In this document: positions 13,755 to 25,495 of the stretch, one piece after another
How the letters are laid out: the number at the start of each line of letters is the position of its first letter
How positions within the stretch are numbered: the stretch's first letter is position 1
Origin: Rhizodiscina lignyota
Taxonomy: Eukaryota
Direction: 5' to 3'
Assembly (NCBI GenBank): GCA_010015805.1
Contig: ML978121.1
Span: forward strand, 2,542,001-2,606,000
DNA length: 64,000 nucleotides
The notes under the pieces: model-generated
Database searches by the model: none
Told to the model about the DNA's origin: nothing
What the model saw: only the letters and a program-made list of their open reading frames with translations
Translations under genes and position numbers: made by a program

Positions 13755-15447
13755 ATGGTCTGGCATGGCCCGAGTCGTGGTTGCGACACTTGTCGCAAAC
13801 GGAAGATCAAGGTAAAATCGAATATATCGCTAAACAGACTTTTCGACTGACTTTGCGCGCAGTGTGATGAAGGGAGACCGATTTGCCAACGCTGTATAAA
13901 ATCCAAACGGACTTGTGGCGGATACAGGCAACAAAGAGCAACACAAGTATTTCGGTACGATGTCTCGAGTTCCAAAAGGAAAGCGGATCCTGATTCGTCT
14001 CAAGACGAGTCATACGATTTCCCGCCTCGTCCACTCAGCCCAAGAGTGGTGAAAATGATGGCCGATGCCAGCAAGGCGCTGAATGAGATTCCTTTGGGTG
14101 TTGTCTTACCGGCATCTGAGTTTGCTATGCGGGTCTGGTTTGAGGCTGTCCTCACAAAATTCCCACAATGCAGGCAGGTCTACGGTGGGATCCTATCTAA
14201 TGTACAAGACCTCTTCTCGCATTGTGGACGATCACCTGCCCTTCATGCTTCCTTATCTGCCGTCTCTCTGGGCATGATCTCACGACGAGTGAAGCAAGAC
14301 TACCTTTCCGCCAAAGCTTTGGCGAGCTACGGTATCGCCTTGACTGCCATTCAGAAGGCAATAAACGACCCACAGGAGGCGAAATCCGATGAGACTCTCC
14401 TCGCGATACTTATGCTGAGTTTCTACGAGGTACTGTTTCAAACAGCATATCCTGGATCACATCTGACTAATATGCTACTTAGACGTTAATTTGCGCGAGT
14501 CGAGACCCAATTGCATGGGCGTCACATGTCCGTGGCGCTGCCACGGTAATCCGTTTGCGGGGAAGTGCACAGCTTCGAGACGATCAGGGCTTGAAGCTGT
14601 TTCAGACATTCCATGATCAATATGTAAATTTAATGTTCCCCTTTTGTTGTAGTTGACGATACTGATCAGTGGGCAGCTGTGGAGCGGCCTCAGTGGACTG
14701 GGCACAGACTCTGACATACCTCTGGTACCAGAGCTCTGTGATGAGTTTCAAGACTTCCAAGAGGAAAACATGCCTTTGAACCGCATCCGGGGCAAATCAA
14801 ACAAGCTTCTCATGCTACAGACGCGACTGCGAAATTTAGAGCTAGAGACACTCGACACAACTGCCGAAGCCGTATCGGAAATCGCAACGGCAATCAACGA
14901 TCTCGACGAGGAACTCGGTGAATGGACAGAGACCGTTCCAGATGAATGGTACTGCTCCGTGATGCCTTTCGAGGCGGAAACTATGAAAAGCGACGATATT
15001 GGCACCGACCACGCCCTGATATACTCATCCATCTGGGTGGCAACTTTCTGGAACTCATACCGTTCGTTGCGAATATTTGCGGGAGGTCTTCTCGAACGAT
15101 GCGTTCGGCTGCATCGTACTGTCGACCCTGCCGCTGATGACCTCATTTTCGAGAATAAACCCAGTTCCAAAGACCTCGCTGAGGACATCTGCGCTTCAGT
15201 CCCATTCTTTCTGGGCTACACTGGTGGAAATGGAGAGAGGAAGTTTCCTTATCCTCAGCATATCCCACAGCGGCCCGCATACATTGTCTGCGCATACCAG
15301 CTCATGTGGCCACTTTACGTTGCCGGAAGCGTGCAAAGCCTTCCGTTAGAGAGGCGTCGATGGGTTGCGAGAAGATTGGCGTACATTGGACATAGCGTTG
15401 GGATTAAACAAGCTGTTGCACTTAGCGAAAGGGTGGGCGTATATTGA
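13755..15447 (+). CDS. Zn(II)2Cys6 transcription factor with fungal-specific TF C-terminal domain
   Basis: Spliced N-terminus MVWHGPSRGCDTCRKRKIK|CDEGRPICQRCIKSKRTCGGY (six-Cys binuclear cluster); later exons ...SDETLLAILMLSFYE|...WASHVRGA...LMWPLYVAG. Confidence 0.9.
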
Positions 15448-15854
15448 TATCATTTCAGGGGTTCACAGAGCGGCATTATTAGATATGCGCCATCACGGTC
15501 TGGAACAACCGTCGAGATAGGCACGATTGACTCCTAACTTGATTTTAGCGCTTTCGTAGAATATCCTGTAATCAGCGTATGAATATAGCATCTCAAGGAG
15601 AAACTGCGATATTCCAGCGATTCCCGATATGATAAGGATTCATCTAAGTATACGGCTAATTTAGGAACCCCCTCAACAAAAGTGTGGGGTGGCAGAGCCT
15701 CAAAACGGGAGACTTCTTCCAGCGCATTTAAACGCCCCGTTTCAACAACGCGCTCTGAAGAGTGAATTCCTATTCTCTTAACTCGGCCATTTCGACCATG
15801 TTATGACCCTCTTCCACCAGAGAACTCATTGTCCCTGCACAATGGGCGTCGACC

Positions 15855-17663
15855 ATGCTGCCGCTACTCCTTCGCCGCAACGGAGTACGACCACTACCAC
15901 GACTGCTCCTCTATCATAATCACCACGCGCGCCTCTTCCACGATTACTTCGTCACCCATCTCCCTTCATCCTCCCTCCATCCCGATGCCCGCTCAGCTTC
16001 CGGTCCACATCATAAACTCCCACGCGACAAGTCCGTCCCCCATGTACCCCAAGGTAGCGACCGCATGCCGGCCGCGATGGCGCCGTCGGTGGGCGTCTCG
16101 CGCGACATGACCGTCGTGCGCATCCCACTCAAATCGGCGAAGCATCATTTCGGCGCGGCCCTGTCGCGCGGCTCGCGTCCATACAACGAGGACACGTACC
16201 AGGCGGGGACGATCGAGATACCCGCGTTTGCGAGGCGCAGGCCGATGAGCTTCACGAGGAAGAGCAAAGGATGGGGAGGCGGCGCGACGAGTGCAGATAG
16301 TAGTGTGGGCGATCCGCAGGTCTTCTACTTTGGAGTGTTTGATGGGCATGGGGGGAATGAGTGCAGTGATTTTCTGAGAGAGAGACTGCAGGATTACATT
16401 GAGGAAGGGGCGAGGCAGTTTGAATTGGAGAGCACACTGCAAGGAGGGCGGAGGAGAGGGAATTTCGGGTTCTCGAGCAATCCTGGCGATGCAGTAGACT
16501 TGTCTCCTGGGGCCGGGAAGAGGGCTTTGGATTCGATCAAGATGGTTGAACCGGATTGCCGAAAGCCATTGAAGACCCCAGAACAAGAGACAGATGAGGA
16601 TGGGAATGCCCAGTCGCTTAATCGTGCGGATCCTCCGAAGGGAATGGAACCCGTGAAGCAAAGTGAAGAAATTCGAAATGCAGAAGAGCTCGAGAGATGT
16701 CTTGTGAATGCGTGGAGAGAACTGGTTGGAGGATACTTCAAGCGCTTCAAGCCTGAGTACTTCTCTCTTGGAGCAGGTGGTCGTGGACACATTTTAGAGA
16801 AAGACCTAGTCCAAAGCCGACAGATGCACACACAAGCAGGCGAAGGCATGTCAGAGGGAGTGGGCATCGAAACAGTGCTTGAATGGGCGTTCTTGAAGGC
16901 CGACTACGACTTTGTTGCAGCACAGGCAGACAAAACGGAGGATGTTGTAGCATCGGACCGAGCTCTCAACGAAGGCGATATTTTGGGCAAGCCGTCCCAG
17001 TCACATAAGCCAATAGGCGGGCCAAAACGATTCAGAGGAGGCAGCACTTGCAGCATTGCTCTCATCTCGACACCTACGCCATCACCCTTCTGGCATCCGG
17101 CATCGCCTTCAACACTCGTTACCTCTCATGTAGGAGATACACGGATTCTCCTTTGTAAAACGTCGGATGGCATAGCCGTGCCGATGACCTCGGATCACCA
17201 TCCTAGTGATCCCCTGGAAGCTGCTCGACTGAGACGCTATGCAGCTACATTTGTCACTGACTCGTTCGGTGAAGAGCGAGTGCAGGGCCTCGCAAATACA
17301 AGAGCATTCGGAGACATGTCTTCAAAGCGAATCGGCGTCACGGCTGAGCCAGAAATCCGCCGTATGGAGCTTGAACCAGCCGAATACTCGTTCCTGGTGC
17401 TTGTCTCAGATGGCATCTCCGGTATACTCAGTGACCAGGAGGTTGTAGATATTGCAAAGGAAGCAAGGACGCCAGAACAAGGGGCAAGAGATATCGTCAG
17501 CTTTGCAACAGAGGTTGCGGTTGATGCGGATAATGCCACTGCCTTGGTCGTGAGACTCGGCGGCTGGGAGAGGAGGAGTGAGGGCGGACTGGGCAGCATG
17601 GGCACCAAAGAGATGAGGAATTGGAGGAAGCAAGAGGCCCAGGATCCGAGAAGACGACAGTGA
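15855..17663 (+). CDS. PTC6: Type 2C protein phosphatase, Ptc6-like, probably mitochondrial
   Basis: 602 aa intronless ORF; PP2C motifs RPYNED, FGVFDGHGG, GGSTC, HVGDTR, LANTRAFGD, LVSDG, DNAT; Arg-rich, acid-free N-terminus resembling a presequence. The ortholog name is inferred. Confidence 0.85.
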   Translation: MLPLLLRRNGVRPLPRLLLYHNHHARLFHDYFVTHLPSSSLHPDARSASGPHHKLPRDKSVPHVPQGSDRMPAAMAPSVGVSRDMTVVRIPLKSAKHHFGAALSRGSRPYNEDTYQAGTIEIPAFARRRPMSFTRKSKGWGGGATSADSSVGDPQVFYFGVFDGHGGNECSDFLRERLQDYIEEGARQFELESTLQGGRRRGNFGFSSNPGDAVDLSPGAGKRALDSIKMVEPDCRKPLKTPEQETDEDGNAQSLNRADPPKGMEPVKQSEEIRNAEELERCLVNAWRELVGGYFKRFKPEYFSLGAGGRGHILEKDLVQSRQMHTQAGEGMSEGVGIETVLEWAFLKADYDFVAAQADKTEDVVASDRALNEGDILGKPSQSHKPIGGPKRFRGGSTCSIALISTPTPSPFWHPASPSTLVTSHVGDTRILLCKTSDGIAVPMTSDHHPSDPLEAARLRRYAATFVTDSFGEERVQGLANTRAFGDMSSKRIGVTAEPEIRRMELEPAEYSFLVLVSDGISGILSDQEVVDIAKEARTPEQGARDIVSFATEVAVDADNATALVVRLGGWERRSEGGLGSMGTKEMRNWRKQEAQDPRRRQ

Positions 17664-18437
17664 GGTGACGAAGCATGAGAAAGCATAGAGGACACGAGAA
17701 GCATTGCGAGGCGTTGCACGGGGTTTGGGAGAGAATTACTTCCTACTTGTACAGCATGTTGTAGCGCTGCCTGGGTGTATGTCGGGCAGTTTGTGAAGTT
17801 CATTTGTTTTTATACAGTATTGGATACTTCTGTTAAATAATTACCACGTTTGCAAAGCAATATGAGAACAGTCAGCTCCTGTCGCGCGAGTACTTCACGA
17901 ATAAGAGTATGGCTCGCTTGCCAGCCAATGAGAATGCGCCACAGTCGCGAGAAAAAGTCGCGATGCCCATGGCTACGCAGTGCTGTGGCAAACACACGTG
18001 CCGACTTTTGTGCGACGCGCTAAAAGGCTGCGAGGTCATGGATAGGTAAGTGAAGTCCCAGAGGGGTGTGTCGTCGACGCGCAGACCGCATTATTGACTG
18101 CCAGCCTGCCCACCACCACCGGAAATCCGCGTGATTCACTCAACCAGGCTCACTTTGAACTGCTCATTTGCTTCCATTCCCCTCTCTCTCGTTCGCACAA
18201 ACAAGTCCACGGCGCGTCTCGGAGGGATCTGGTGTTGCAGGCATTCACGTGTGTTTGGGGCTATCCGTGAACGTCGACTGCGCGCAACTGCCTCACTTCA
18301 CGCCGCTCCTTGCGCTTCTGCACTTCCACTTCCACACCGCACACGAGAGCCCTGGTGCTTTCAAACACTCACTTCAACCTTCCACTTTCCACTCCCAAGA
18401 CTCATTGACCTCTCTGGAACTCGCGCTTCTGCCCAGC

Positions 18438-21400
18438 ATGGATGTCAACCAGGTCCTCGAGGGGACACTGTCTCCAGGTACATTTTTACTTCTTGCTGCA
18501 GTTGTGTGATGTCAACAAGGCTAACACCAAATAGACGCCGCAATCCGTACCAGCGCTGAGCAGCAGCTCACACAAGCAGCAGAGGCGAATTTTGTAAGAG
18601 ATCTTCCCTTCTCCCGCGACTTTGAGCGGCGTCAGAGTGACCACTGCTAACTGTTGACGTTCCACTGCAGCAAGAATATCTCACAACACTCGCGGGCGAA
18701 CTTGCCAACGAACAAGGACAGACCACAATACGAGTCGCGGCAGCGCTCGCGCTCAAGAATGCCTTCTCCGCTCGCGAATACGCCAGGCTAAGGCAGGTGC
18801 AAGAACGATGGCTGAACCAGTTGGACCCCACAATCAAGAGCCAAGTCAAAGACCTGGCCCTGAAAACGCTTGCGTCGAACGATGGGCGAGTAGGACAAGC
18901 ATCTGCACAGTTTGTTGCTTCGATAGCAGCTATCGAGCTTCCGCGACACCAGTGGCCGGAACTGATGGGACAACTGGTGCAGAATGTTGGGGAAGGCCAG
19001 TCACACCAGAAGCAGGCGTCACTGAGAGCAATCGGCTTCATTTGCGAATCTGACGACGTTGAGCTTCGAGAGAGCCTTTCACAGCATTCCAATGCCATCC
19101 TCACGGCGGTCGTTCAAGGCGCACGAAAAGAAGAGACAAACGATGACGTACGAGACGCCGCCATCACTGCGCTCAGTGACTCGCTGGAGTTCGTGCGGAC
19201 CAACTTTGAGAATGAGGGCGAACGCAACTACATCATGCAAGTCATCTGCGAGGCGACACAAGCAGACGATAGCCGCATCCAGGAAGGCGCGTGGGGCTGC
19301 TTGAATAGGATCATGGGCCTCTACTACGACAAGATGAGGTTCTACATGGAGAAGGCTCTGTTTGGACTCACGATTCAGGGTATGAAGAGCGATGAAGAAG
19401 ATGTCGCAAAGTTGGCAGTGGAATTTTGGTGTACGGTGTGCGAGGAGGAGATCTCAATTGAAGATGACAACAATCAGGTAACGTAACACCTTCCGCATTA
19501 AGTCGAATTCTCTTACTGCAATGTTAGTGGGATATCCAACTAAGACATTACTTGTTTCAGGCTCAACAAGAGGGTTCGACTGAGTTGCGGGATTATTTCA
19601 ACTTTGCGCGTATCGCTACGCAAGAGGTTGTTCCCGTACTTCTCGAGCTTCTTGCGAAACAAGACGAGGACGCGGCAGACGATGAGTACAACACTTCCCG
19701 AGCAGCGTACCAGTGCATCAACTTGTGGTCACAGACAGTCGGCAGCCCAATTGCCCAGCCTGTGCTCACGTTTGTCGAGAAGAATCTTCGATCTGATGAT
19801 TGGCACTATCGGGACGCTGCGGTTTCGGCCTTCGGTGCTATCATGGAAGGCCCCGACGAGTCCATGCTTGGCCCGCTTGTCAAGCAAGCTCTTCCAGTGC
19901 TTATTGGCATGATGGACGATCGGGTTGTCCAAGTCAAAGATTCTGCTGCTTATGCTCTAGGCCGTATCACCGAGACCATGACCGATGCGATCGAGCCGGC
20001 TACCCATTTAACGCCGCTGATCACTGCGCTCTTCACTGGTCTTGCAAGCCAGCCAAAGATGGCATCTTCGTGCTGCTGGGCGCTCATGAATCTTGCCGAG
20101 CGCTTTTCTGGAGAACCTGGCTGCCAAGAGAATCCTCTCACGCCTCATTTCCAAGCGAGCATCACTCATCTGCTTCAAGTCACAGAGCGGTTCGTTCATA
20201 GTATGATCATCCCCTCTAAATATCAGGCTAATTTCCTACAGACCCGATGCAGACAACCAGCTTCGCACTGCTGCGTACGAAGTGCTCAACACTTTCGTGA
20301 CATATGCGGCGAACGACAGCATCCCAATGGTTGCCAACCTGTCCAACGTGATCTTCGAGCGTCTTGAGAAGACAATCCCCATGCAACAGCAAGTTGTGAG
20401 CGTTGAAGACAAGATGACCTTGGAAGAAATGCAAACAAGCTTGACCAGTGTCGTGATTGTAAGCTGCCCAATATATGTTGTCTGGCTTTGACCTAACATG
20501 TTTTAGGCGATCATTGGACGTCTGGAGAGGGAGATCCAGCCTCAAGCCGATCGCATCATGACCATCTTGCTGCAACTTCTCAACACTGCAAATGCCAAGT
20601 CGAGCGTTCCAGACACAGTCTTTGCTGCTGTTGGTTCCCTGGCGAATTCTCTGGAGGAAGGCTTCGAGCCATACATGGGCTCCTTTGTTCCCTTCTTGTA
20701 CAATGGTCTCAACAACCAGGACGAGGCGAGCTTGTGCTCAATGTCCATTGGTCTCACGAGCGATATTACCCGTGCTCTGGGTGTCAAGATCCAGCCTTAC
20801 TGCGACAATCTTATGAACTGCCTTCTTAACGACCTCAGGAGCACCACCCTCGGAAACCAGTTCAAGCCGGCTATCCTGCAGTCCTTCGGCGATATCGCTC
20901 AGGCCATCGGAGGGCACTTTGAGACTTACCTGCACGTTGTTGCGCAAGTATTACAGCAAGCTGCACAGGTCAGCATCAACCAGGAGACGTCTTATGAGAT
21001 GCTTGACTATATCATCTCTCTCCGTGAAGGCATCATGGATGCATGGGCCGGAACAATCGCCGCTATGAAATTGGGTGGCAAGCGTGAGTTTACACCACCT
21101 ACTAGATCGAATTTAGTGCTAATCCCCACTAGAACACCTCTTGCAGCAATACATAGAGTCGATCTTCCAGCTGCTCAACGTTGTCCACGCCGATCCGAAC
21201 CGCACTGAGGCACTTCTTCGATCTGCCATGGGCGTGATTGGGTAAGCTGCTCCAAACTCGTTTTACTTAGTTTCACTAGCTGATAATAAATAGCGACCTC
21301 TCGACTGCCTTCCCGAACGGCGAATACCAAGACTTCTTCCGTCAAGACTGGCTCACGGCCATGGCCAAGGAAGTTCGTGCGAACCGCGACTTCCAAGAGC

Positions 21401-21477
21401 GCACGCGTGAAACCGCTCGCTGGGCTAGGCTGGAGATCAAGAAGCAAATCGGTGGCGCAGAAACTGCTATGTCCTAA
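18438..21477 (+). CDS. KAP95: Importin beta-1 (karyopherin beta)
   Basis: MDVNQVLEGTLSP|DAAIRTSAEQQLTQAAEANF IBN-N start; HEAT repeats with ERNYIMQVICEAT, AVEFWCTVCEEE, DWHYRDAAVSAFGAIMEGP; ends ARWARLEIKKQIGGAETAMS*. Confidence 0.96.
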
Positions 21478-21955
21478 AGCATTTTCAGGCGTTGCTGATC
21501 TCGTATTGTCCCAGGCAAAATCGACGATGCGGATACGATTACAGCGTTTGTGCCGGGGCTTCACCATGTCGATCACACACTTGCAAACGGCGAATTCTCA
21601 GCATCTCTCGAGCTCGATGATGTCCTACACCCCGACGAAGAAGATGACGAACTCGCTCCACAAAACCTTAGACTACAAGGTTGCACTCAAATGCGTGCCT
21701 TGAACGCAATTATAGACGCAGCGGACCGTCTAGACAACCTGCGGCAAAACAAGGCGGCCTGGTTGTTCGAACGATCATAGTTGCAAGGCCGAGCGCATGC
21801 AGACGACGTCTTCAACTGACAGCACCTCGCGTCACCCATCACCGCTCCAGCCCCCGGTAGTTCTGCTTCAATCAACACCACCCCAACAGCCCAGTCCAAT
21901 CATCAAGTTATTGCACTGCACTGTCCCAAGCACCAGCACCACCATCACCATCCAT

Positions 21956-21979
21956 CCAACACCAACACCAACACCAACA
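21956..21979 (+). repeat. (CCAACA)4 microsatellite in a C/A-rich tract downstream of KAP95
   Basis: Four exact tandem CCAACA units, preceded by CAC/CAT-rich sequence from about 21931. Confidence 0.85.
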
Positions 21980-22438
21980 TCAGATACCTTTATACCCCAA
22001 TCCGGTCGTCCACCCATCACCGTCCACCGTACCACCGTAACCCTTCTTCGTCACTGTGTAAATAAGAGAGCTTTTACCTTTCACGAAGTCATGTAAGGAT
22101 TCGCGGCAGCCCGCGTCTCCGACACCCGGTCTTGTAGAACCCCGAGTCGTCTTTTTAATTCCCTTCCCAACGGATTCAAAACAGCTGCTGTTCCTCGCTT
22201 CTCCAACGTCTTGGTTTGAAATTGTTCAGCTTGGACCAGGGGAAGCTGGAATTTGCAGAGGTAGCACCAGTAGAGCAATGAACAAAAAGGTCTAGAAATC
22301 TTCTCTTGTGCACCATGTGATGAACGGTCTGTGATATTTGTATCAAGCTTCAATGTAGCTTTCAAGCCCCGCAGGTCTTTGGTAGCCATGCTAATATTGG
22401 CTATCTACATAAGCGAATGACCCTCCCACTGAGCCCCT

Positions 22439-24406
22439 CTACTTCTCTTGATACACCTTAAACGCATTGACATACTCAAAGAAGCTCGCCTTATAATACC
22501 TCTCCTGCGTCGTCAGGTTCACATACTGCATGCCAAACTTGACCGTGTATCCCTGGGCCCACTCCAGGTTATCCACAAGACTCCATGCCAAGCATCCCAC
22601 CACATTGGTCCCCTCCGCAATCGCCATCAGGATCGCTCGCATGTAGTCGTGATAGTACTGCGAGCGGACAAAGTCGAACTGGATGTCCGCACGGATGGTC
22701 TTGAGCGCCTCGAACGGCTCGGAGAAGCCGAATTCGCTGACGACTATACCGCCTTTCGGCTTCCACTTCTGTTGGATATAGCGCAGGAATTGGGGGACCC
22801 AGTCGGTTGCCTAGTCACACATTAGCACGCGATCTGGTAGTTTCTTGGGGTTTGACGACTTGCCTTATGCAGCCAGGGACTACCAGGGTCCGCGGCATAC
22901 CCGACGTTCCATCCTCCGTCTACGGCGGGATATGTATATGTCGTGTTCGCGCAACTCGGATATAGTGGGTTCGATGAATTGGAGATACACGACTCGAGTC
23001 CGTCGTCCGGAGCCATATAGAATTGGGATGTATACGCATCGTGTGCGAAGTGGTCTGCGGTTCCCTTGATCATTCGCTTCTGCTCGTCCGTGAATTTGAG
23101 TCCCAAGCTTGAAACGTGCTCCTTCACAGTGGCCGGGTAATCGCCAGTGAGGTAGATCGGATCGGCAAACCAGCCCTCGTTGAAGTCCCAGGCCCTCTGT
23201 ACGGCTTCTGCGTCTGCGGAAGAGTTTGTGAGAGGGATCTTGTAGCCGCCGTTATTCTTGAATGCGACAGTTCCTTTGACACCGAGCGATTTGGCAAGGT
23301 GATAGGCGCGTGCATGCGCGAGCAGGACGTGGTGTCCGCAGTAGAATTGTTGATCCTTTGGTGCAATTGAAGTTGACTTCCAGTAGCCAACTGGGTAGGG
23401 ATACTCTTGGCAGAACACGATGGGCTCGTTCACTGTATACCACTTCTGCACCTTCTGACCCCAGCGCTTGAAGGCAACTTCTGCGTACGCGACGAAGTCA
23501 TCCACGATCTGTTCGTCGAGCCAGCCGTTGTATTTGTTCATAAGGCCGAGAGGCAAATCCCAGTGGTAAAGTGTCAATGCTGGCTCCACTCCAGCGTCAT
23601 AACAGGATTGGATTACGTCGTCGTAATGTCGCAGGGCTTGCTCGTTGACTTGGCCGGAGCCAAAGGGAAAGACTCGGGACCAAGAGATGGAGAAGGAATA
23701 TACCTTCACACCCAGGGCTGCGATACGGGCAATATCTGGCACGAGTTAGCTGAGAGCTATGAACAGGGCTGATTTATATGACCTTGTTTGTAAAGATAGT
23801 ATTGGTTATCAGCAATGTCTCCAGTCTCATTCAGCGAGACATAGTTGGTTGCTCTATGGGTAAGCACATCCTGAGACCATGAGCATTCGAGCCTCATTCT
23901 CAAAGACCTGGGAGACCTACCCATATGCTCGGGCCACGGCCCTCATCTTTCACTGCTCCCTCAACTTGATAGGCTGCGCTTGAAACGCCCCACCAGAAGT
24001 CCTTTGGAAACTTCCAGCTCTCATTCTTGCTCATGGCTGGTATCTCTTGGCCAGTTGGAAATGCTGGGTAATGGAGCGTAGGAGGCGGGATCAGCTCGCT
24101 CGAGGCAACTGGTGTGGGACTGACGGTGGTATTGACAGCAGCCACTGAGACGGGACCGACCATTTCATTCCAGTAGTCTGAAAAGTCAGCGGTCTTTGCA
24201 CTAATGATTGAGATGAATTGGCAAGCTTGACAATATTAAGAGTTGAAGTGAACTGAGGGTTCAATTGTTCATATGAATACAGTGGGTAACGAACCATCTA
24301 GAGAAATTTCAGCAGTGATTTTGAATGAGGATGCAGAGCTTGTGGCAGTCTGAGCTCCCGCCAGAGCAGCGGAGAGCACCACTACGAAATACGTGACAGC
24401 AATCAT
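22439..24406 (-). CDS. Secreted glycoside hydrolase family 1 (beta-glucosidase/beta-glycosidase)
   Basis: Signal peptide [53 protein letters not shown]; acid/base TVNEP; nucleophile [15 protein letters not shown]. Confidence 0.93.
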
Positions 24407-25273
24407 GGTGAAAGATGAGATCGTACAGCTACCTGGAACCTCGAGGCGCCTGGCTACCATACGGTAGCACCAGAGACGTCCTCTTATACGAATGGTAACA
24501 TTTTCTTCGCTGTGAGTTACGAGTGACCTTGCGGGGTAGCACGGCGGATTTTCAGGCACAGAGGCACAATGATGTCGTCTCCACCTTCATCACCAACGCT
24601 AGTTAGCAATTACACCGACCCGAACGAATGATGGCGGCTAAAGCCGTCCTGTGGCTGTCTGTATGCCGTGCCATGGCAGGAAGGAGGTATGGAATCATCC
24701 AATTCTTGACCAAGGTACTCCTGTACCTCTGGCGGGGAGCGGACTTGGCGGATGTAGCTTTGATGGATCCTGTCTGTTCTAAGGTGTAATAGGCAATTAA
24801 CCGGAGGTTTCGCGGCACGTGAACAATCATGTTGTACGGAGCATGTACCGAGATTTTGAGCATACGATGTTGTGAGGTGAACTGAGGCGGCGACTTGCGT
24901 TCTCCCAGGGCCACGAATTTCCAAGATTTCTTTCTTCAAGAATTTCCAAACACTGTCGTCGAAGGAAGTCCTTCCCGTGATCCATGCTGGCTAATGCAGC
25001 GGGGTTGAAAGGCGCTATCTCGGAGTGGCATCTCGAACCCCTCTGTGCCCTTGAGGAGACCTAGGAAGATGGACCTCGACCATGGGCATATGCGTCTCCC
25101 AAATCCATGTCCTCCAAGGCAGTTGAATTCTTCACCTGAATCAAACAATGAAGTCAACGCCGAGTTTCTTCTCAACCTACTCCGTAATGGAATTCCCCCA
25201 CGGGGAGGAGAATATTTATGGGCTAACCATATTGGGATAAATGCTAGCCTATATAGGAATAGCATGTTACTTG

Positions 25274-25295
25274 TGACGTAGCTTCTGGAAGCTTC
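25274..25295 (+). promoter_or_regulatory. Heat-shock element with adjacent CRE/ATF-like site upstream of HSP104
   Basis: TTCtgGAAgcTTC (three alternating nGAAn units) at 25283-25295, directly preceded by TGACGTA at 25274-25280; about 200 bp upstream of the HSP104 ATG. Confidence 0.8.
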
Positions 25296-25495
25296 GTGCG
25301 AGAGCTGGCTCACTCCACCAAATCCCATGGCGTGCTGGCGCCAGCACGATTCTTCAGGACACCCGCAAGTTCCGCCTTCTATTGCAGTATTTATTCTCGT
25401 GTGCCCTCCATTTTCTTTGTTCCTCACGCCAAATCTACTATCACACCTAAACTTACATTTCCAGACCTGAATTGGTCAATTTCCCCACCCACAAA

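Noticed and set aside
14624..14652. Apparent 29-nt micro-intron in the Zn2Cys6 gene
   Set aside because: A downstream branch point ACTGAT and CAG at 14674-14676 give a normal 53-nt in-frame intron.
24179..24295. Double-length GH1 intron as a possible stwintron
   Set aside because: No internal branch point, and a nested [D1,2] excision would break the reading frame; single GT..AG splicing already restores it.
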